A stretch of 64,000 nucleotides of DNA, taken from the NCBI RefSeq assembly GCF_009914755.1, contig NC_060933.1; one strand, given 5' to 3'. The notes under the pieces were generated by a model. It was not told where the DNA came from. It did no database searches and saw only the letters and a list, made by a program, of their open reading frames with translations. The position numbers and the translations under genes are program-made. Every line of letters begins with the position of its first letter. The stretch's first letter is position 1. Source of the stretch: the human T2T-CHM13v2.0 reference genome, Homo sapiens. Positions 56,421-64,000 of this stretch are shown here, one piece after another.

Positions 56421-59400
56421 GGAATGGAATGGAATGGAATCTTCCGGAATGGAATGGAATGGAATGCAATGGATTCAACTCGATTGCAATGGAATGGAAT
56501 AGAATGGAATGGAATGGAATGGAATGGAATGGAATGGAATTAAACCGAATAGAATGGAATGGAATGGAATGGAACGGAACAGAAGGGAACGGAACGGAAT
56601 GGAATGGAATAAAATTGAATGGAACGGAAAGGAATGGAATGGAATGGAATGGAATGGAATGGAATGGAATGGAATGGAATGGAATCAACGCGAGTGCAGG
56701 GGAATGGAATGGAATGGAATGCCATGGAATGGAATCTTCCGGAATGGAATGGAATGGAATGGAATGGAATGGAATTAACCCGAATAGAATGGAATGGAAT
56801 GGAATGGAACGGAACGGAATGGAATGGAATGGAATGGAATGGAATGGAACGGAACGGAATGGAATGGAATGGAATGGAATGGAATGGAATGGAATGGAAT
56901 CAAAGCGAGTGCAGGGGATTGGAATGTAATGGAATGCAATGGAATGGAATCTTCCGGAATGGAATGGAATGGAATGGAATGGAATCAACCCGAGTGCAAT
57001 GGAATGGAGTGGAATGGAATGGAATGGAATGGAACAACCCGAATGGAATGGAATGTAATGGAGTGTAAGGGAGTTGAATAGAATCAATCCAAATGTAATT
57101 TAATGGAATGGAATGGAACGGAATGGAATTGAATGGAATGGAATGGAATGCAATGGAATGGAATCAACCCGAGTGCAATGGAATGGAGAGGAATGGAATG
57201 GAATGGAGTGGAAACTACCCGAATGGAATGGAATGTAATGGAGTGTAAGGGAATTGAAGAGAATCAATACGAATGTAATGGAAAGGAATGGAACTGAAAG
57301 GAATGGAATGGAATGGAATGGAATGGAATGGAATGGAATAGAATGGAATGCAATGGAATGGAATCAACCCGAGTGCAATCGAATGGAATCGAATGGAATG
57401 GAATGCAATGGAATGGAATCAACTCGATTGCAATCGAATGGAATGGAATGGAATTAACCCGAATAGAATGGAATGGAACGGAATGGAAAGGAACGGAATC
57501 GAATGGAATGGAATGGAATGGAATGGAACGGAATGGAATGGAATGGAATCAACGCGAGTGCAGGGGAATGTAATGGAACGGAATGTAATGGAATGGAATT
57601 ATCCGGAATGGAATGTAATGGAATGGAATGGAATGGAATGGAATCAACCCGAGTGCAATGGAATGGAGTGGAATGGAATGGAATGGAATGGAACAACCCG
57701 AATGGAATGGAATGTAATGGGGAGTAAGTGAGTTGAATAGAATCAATCCTAATGTAATGGAATGGAATGCAACGGAATGGAATGGAATAGAATGGAATGG
57801 AATGGAATAGAATGGAATGCAATGGAATGGAATCAACCCGAGTACAATGGAATGGAATGGAATGGAATGGAATGGAATGGAATGGAATGGAATGGTACGG
57901 AATAGAATGGAATGGAACGAAATGGAATGGAATGGAATGGAATCGTTCCGAGTGGAATAGGAGGGAATGTATTCGAGTGGAATGGAAAGGAATGGAATCA
58001 ACACGAGTGGAATGGAATGGAATGGAAAGGAATGGAATGGAATGGAATGGTACGGAATAGAATGGAATGGAACGAAATGGAATGGAATGGAATGGAATGG
58101 AATGGAATGGAATGGAATGGAATGGAATCGTTCCGAGTGGAATAGGAGGGAATGTATTCGAGTGGAATGGAAAGGAATGGAATCAACCAGAGTGGAATGG
58201 AAGGGAATGGAATGGAATGGAAACTAATAGAATGGAATCAACCCGAGTGGAATGGAATGGAAAGGACTGGAATGGAATGGAATGGAATGGAATGGAATGG
58301 AATGGAATGGAATCAACTCGATTGTAATGGATTGGAATGGAATGGAATGGAATGGAATGGAATGGAATTAACCCGAATACAACGGAATGGAATGGAATGG
58401 AACGGAATGGAGTGGAATGGAATGGAATCAACCCGTGTGCAGGGGAACCGAATGGAATGGAATGCAATGGAATGGAATCATCCGGAATGGAATAGAATGG
58501 AATGGAATGCAAAGAAATTGAATCAACTCGATTGCAATGAAATGGAATGGAATGGAAAGGAATACATTGGAATCAACCCGAGGGGAATGGAATGGAAAGG
58601 ACAGGAATGGAGTGGAATGGAAAGGAATGGAATGGAATGGAATCAACTCGATTGGAATGGAATGGAATGGAATGGAATGGAATGGAATGGAATTAACCCG
58701 AATAGAATGGAATGGAATTAAATGGAAAGGAACGGAATGGAATGGAATGGAATGGAATGGAATCAACCCGACTGCGGGGGAATGGAATGGAATGGAATGG
58801 AATGCAATGGAATGGATTCAACTTGAATGGAATGGAAAGAATGGAATCAACACGAGTGGAATGGCATGGATTGGAATGGAATGGAATGGAATCAACCCGA
58901 GTACAGGGAAATGGAATGGAATGGAATGCAATGGAATGGAATCATCCGTAATGGAATGGAAAGGAATGGAATGGAATGGAATGGAATGGAATGGAATGGA
59001 ATCAACTCGATTGCAATGGAATGGAATGGAATGGAATTAACCCGAATAGAATGGAATGGAATGGAATGGAACGGAACGGAATGGAATGGAATGGAATGGA
59101 ATGAAATGGAACGGAAACGAATGGAATGGAATGGAATGGAATGGAATGGAATGGAAAGGAATGGAATGGAATGCTATTGAATGGAATCTTCCGGAATGGA
59201 ATGGAATGGAATGGAATGGAATGAAATGCAATGGATTCAACTCGAATGCAATGGAATGGAATAGAATGGAATGGAATGGAATGGAATGGAATTAACCCGA
59301 ATAGAATGGAATGGAATGCAATGGAACGGAATAGAACGGAATGGAATGGAATGGAATGGAATGGAATGGAATGAAATGGAATGGTATAGAATGGAATGGA

Positions 59401-62400
59401 ATGGTACGGAATAGAATGGAATGTAACGAATTGTAATGGAATGGAATTGAATGGAATGGAATGGAATCAATGCGAGTGCAGGGGAATGTAATGGAACGGA
59501 ATGAAATGGAATGGAATCATCCGGAATGGAATGGAATGGAATGGAATGGAATGGAATCAACCCGAGTGCAATGGAATGCAGTGAAATGGAATGGAATGGA
59601 ATGGAGACAACCAGAATGGATTGGAATATAATGGAGTGTAAGGGAATTGATTAGAATCAATCTGAATGTAATGAAATGGAATGGAACGGAATGGAATGGA
59701 ATGGAATGGAATGGAATGGAATGGAATGGAATGCAATGGAATGGAATCAACCCGAGTGCAATCGAATGGAATCGAATGGAATGGAATGCATTGGAATGGA
59801 TTCAACTTGAATGGAATGGAAAGAATGGAATCAACACGAGTGGAAGGGCATGGATTGGAATGCAATGGAATGGAATCAACCCGAGTACAGGGGAATGGAA
59901 TGGAATGGAATGCAATGGAATGGAATCATCCGTAATGGAATGGAAAGGAATGGAATGGAATGGAATGGTATGGAATGGAATGGAATCAACACGATTGCAA
60001 TGGAATGGAATGGAATGGAATTAACCCGAATAGAATGGAATGGAATGGAACGGAACGGAATGGAATGGAATGGAATGGAATGGAATGGAATGGAACGGAA
60101 CGGAATGGAATGGAATGGAATGGAATGGAATCAACGCGAGTGCAGGGGAATGGAATTGAATGGAATGCAATGGAATGGAATCTTCCGGAATGGAATGGAA
60201 TGGAATGGAATGGAATGAAATGCAATGGATTCAACTCGATTGCAATGGAATGTAATAGAATGGGATGGAATGGAATGGAATGGAATTAACCCGAATAGAA
60301 TGGAATGGAATGGAATGGAATGGAATGGAACTGAATGGAACGGAATGGAACGGAATCGAATGGAATGGAATGGAATGGAATGGAATGGAATGGAATGGTA
60401 TGGAATGGAATGGAATGGTACGGAATAGAATGGAAGGGAAATGATTGTAATGGAATGGAATTGAATGGAATGGAATGGAATGGAAAGGAATGGAATCAAC
60501 GCGAGTGCAGGGGAATGTAATGGAACGGAATGCAATGGAATGGAATAATCTGGAATGAAATGGAATGGAATGGAATGGAACGGAATCAACCCGAGTGCAA
60601 TGGAATGGAGTGGAATGGCATGGAATGGAATGGAACAACCCGAATGGAATGGAATGTAATGGAGAGTAAGGGAGTTGAATAGAATCAATTCGAATGTAAT
60701 GGAATGGAATGCAACGGAATGGAATGGAATGGAATGCAATGGAATTGAATGGAATGGAATGCAAAGGAATGGAATCAACCCGAGTGGAATGGCATGGAAT
60801 GGAATGCAATGGATTGGAATGGAATGGAATCAAATCGAGTGGAAAGGAATGGAATGGAATGGAAAGGAGTGGAATGAAGTCAACTCGAGTGGAATGGAAT
60901 GGAATGGAATGGATTGGAATGGATTGCAATGGAATGAAATGGAATGGAATGGAATGGAATCAATCATTCCGAGTGGAATGGAAGGGAATGTAATTGAGTG
61001 GAAAGAAGGGAATGGAATCAACCCGAGTGGAATGCAAGGCAATTGAATGGAATGGAAAGGAATGGAATGGAATCAACTCGATTGCAATGGAATGGAATGG
61101 AATGGAATGGAATGGAATGGAAAGGAATGGAATGGAATGAAATGGAATGGAATGGAATGCAATGGAATGGAATCAACCCGAGTGCAATCGAATGGAATCG
61201 AATGGAATGGAATGCAATGGAATGGATTCAACTTCAATGGAATGGAAAGAATGGAATCAACACGAGTGGAATGGCATGGATTGGAATGGAATGGAATGGA
61301 ATCAACCCGAGTACAGGGGAATGGAATGGAATGGAATGCAATGGAATGGAATCATCCGTAATGGAATGGAAAGGAAAGGAATGGAATGGAATGGAATGGA
61401 ATGGAATGGAATCAACTCGATTGCAATCGAATGGAATGGAATGGAATTAACCCGAATAGAATGGAATGGAATGGAATGGAATGGAACGGAACAGAATGGA
61501 ATGGATTGGAATGGAATGGAATGGAATGGAATGGAACGGAAAGGAATGGAATGGAATGGAATGGAATGGAATGGAATGGCATGGAATGGAATAGAATCAA
61601 CGCGAGTGCAGGGGAATCAAATGGAATGGAATGCAATGGAATGGAATCTTCCGGAATGGAATGGAATGGAATGGAATGGAATGGAATGGAATAAACCCGA
61701 GTGCAATGGAATGAAGTGGAATGGAATGGAATGGAATGGAACAACCCGAATGGAATGGAATGTAATGGAGAGTAAGGGAGTTGAATAGAATAAATCCGAA
61801 TGTAATGGAATGGAATGGAACGGAATGGAATTGAATGGAATGGAATGGAATGCAATGGAATGGAATCAACCCGAGTACAATGGAATGGAGAGGAATGGCA
61901 TGGAATGGAATGGAAACTACCCGAATGGAATGGAATGTAATGGAGTGTAAGGGAATTGAATAGAATCAATCCGAATGTAATGGAATGGAATGGAACGGAA
62001 TGGAATGGAATGGAATGGAATGGAATGGAATGGAATGGAACGGAATGGAATGGAATGGAATGGAATGGATTGGAATGGAATGGAATGGAATGGAAAGGAA
62101 TGGAATGGAATGGAAACAACGCGTGTGCAGGGGAATGGAATGGAATGGAATGCAATGGAATGGAAACTTCCGGAATGAAATGCAATGGATTCTACTCGAT
62201 TGCAATGGAATGGAATAGAATGGAATGGAATGGAATGGAATGGAATTAATCCGAATAGAATTGACTGGAATGGAATGGAACGGAATGGAACGGAATGGAA
62301 TGGAATGGAATGGAATGGAATGGTATGGAATGGAATTGAATGGTACGGAATAGAATGGAATGGAACGAATTGTAATGGAATGGAATTGAATGGAATGGAA

Positions 62401-64000
62401 TGGAATGGAATGGAATGGAATCAACGCGAGTGCAGGGGAATGTAATGGAACGGAATGCAATGGAATGGAATCATCCGGAATGGAACGGAATGTAATGGAA
62501 TGGAATGGAATCAACCCGAGTGCAATGGAATGGAGTGGAATGGAATGGAATGGAATGGAACAACCCGAATGGAATGGAATGTAATGGAGAGTAAGGGAGT
62601 TGAATAGAATCAATCCGAATGTAATGGAATGGAATGCAACGGAATGGAATGGAATGGAATGGAATGGAATAGAATGCAATGGAAGGGAATCAACCCGACT
62701 ACAATGGAATGGAATGGAATGGAATGGAATGGAATGGAATGGAATGGAATGGAATGATACGAAATAGAATGGAATGGAACGAAATGGAATGGAATGGAAT
62801 GGAATGGAATGGAATCGTTCCGAGTGGAATAGGAGGGAATGTATTCGAGTGGAATGGAAAGGAATGGAATCAACCAGAGTGGAATGGAAGGGAATGGAAT
62901 GGAATGGAAACTAATAGAATGGAATCAACCCGACTGGAATGGAATGGAACGGACTGGAATGGAATGGAATGGAATGGAATCAACTCGATTGTAATGGAAT
63001 GGAATGGAATGGAATTAATTCGAATAGAATGGAATGGAATGGAATGGAACGGAATGGAACGGAATGGAATGGAATGGAATGGAATGGAATGGTATGGAAT
63101 GGAATGGAATGGAATGGTACGGAATAGAATGGAATGGAACGAATTGTAATGGAATGGAATTGAATGGAATGGAATGGAATGGAATGGAATCAACGCCAGT
63201 GCAGGGGAATGTAATGGAACGGAATGCAATGGAATGGAATCATCCGGAATGGAATGGAATGGAATGGAATGGAGTGGAATGGAATGGAATCAACCCGAGT
63301 GCAATGGAATGGAGTGGAATGGAATGGAATGGAATGGAACAACCCGAATGGAATGGAATGTAATGGAGAGTAAGGGAGTTGAATAGAATGAATCCGAATG
63401 TAATGGAATGGAATGTAACGGAATGGAATGGAATGGAATAGAATGGAATGCAATGGAATGGAATCAACCCGAGGACAATGGAATGGAATGGAATGGAATG
63501 GAATGGAATGGAATGGAATGAAATGGAATGATACGGAATAGAATGGAATGGAACGAAATGGAATGGAATGGAATGGAATGGAATGGAATGGAATGGAATA
63601 GTTCCGAGTGGAATAGGAGGGAATGTATTCGAGTGGAATGGAAAGGAATGGAATCAACCAGAGTGGAATGGAAGGAAATGAAATCGAATGGAAACTAATG
63701 GAATGGAATCAAACCGAGTGGAATGGAATGGAAAGGACTGGAATGGAATGGAACGGAATGGAATCAACTCGATTGTAATGGAATGGAATGGAATGGAATG
63801 GAATGCAGTGGAATGGAATGGAATCAACCCGAGTGCAGGGGAATGGAATGGAATGGAATGCAATGGAATGGAATCACCCGGAATGGAATGGAATGGAATG
63901 GAATGCAAAACAATGGAATCAACTCGATTGCAGTGGAATGGAATGGAATGGAAAGGAATACATTGGAATCAACCCGAGTGGAATGGAATGGAAAGGACTG

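Larger units (their letters stand above)
53173..64000 (+). repeat. Satellite III (HSat3) array, domain 3, (GGAAT)n on + strand
   Basis: Returns to GGAAT on + at 53173 and continues to the window end with the same module set. Confidence 0.97.

Noticed and set aside
57955-57972. AGGAGG followed by ATG (Shine-Dalgarno-like)
   Set aside because: A coincidental satellite module in eukaryotic DNA, with spacing too short and only repeat sequence downstream.
1-64000. CRISPR-like alternation of conserved motifs and spacers
   Set aside because: The spacers are themselves pentamer repeats, not unique sequences. There is no constant repeat length and no cas genes. This is primate satellite.
1-64000. 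HSat2 identity, DUX4 sites, or assignment to a specific chromosome or subfamily
   Set aside because: CATTCGATTC is rare and no good TAAYYYAATCA match was noticed. Chromosome or subfamily needs a k-mer comparison I cannot run.

Overview
The whole 64-kb window is classical satellite III DNA (HSat3-type; human or another great ape). It is a diverged (GGAAT)n/(ATTCC)n pentamer array punctuated by the diagnostic CAACCCGAGT/ACTCGGGTTG core and roughly 20 other recurring variant modules. I see no genes, transposons or RNA genes; the listed ORFs (MEWNG/HSIPF repeats) arise because the pentamer has no stop codons. The real structure is architectural. (1) There are three orientation domains: G-strand on + at 1-17.1k, inverted at 17.1-53.2k, and G-strand on + again at 53.2-64k. 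Both strand switches resolve to the base and sit on palindromes. (2) Nested recent tandem duplications of about 0.5, 2.8, 3.75 and 5.2 kb are traceable by private variants. (3) A ~3.3-kb inverted repeat spans the second switch. (4) About 40 perfect three-unit heat-shock elements (nGAAnnTTCnnGAAn) are carried by one recurring module, within a background of TEAD-type CATTCC motifs. All counts and coordinates were read by eye, and duplication edges are approximate.
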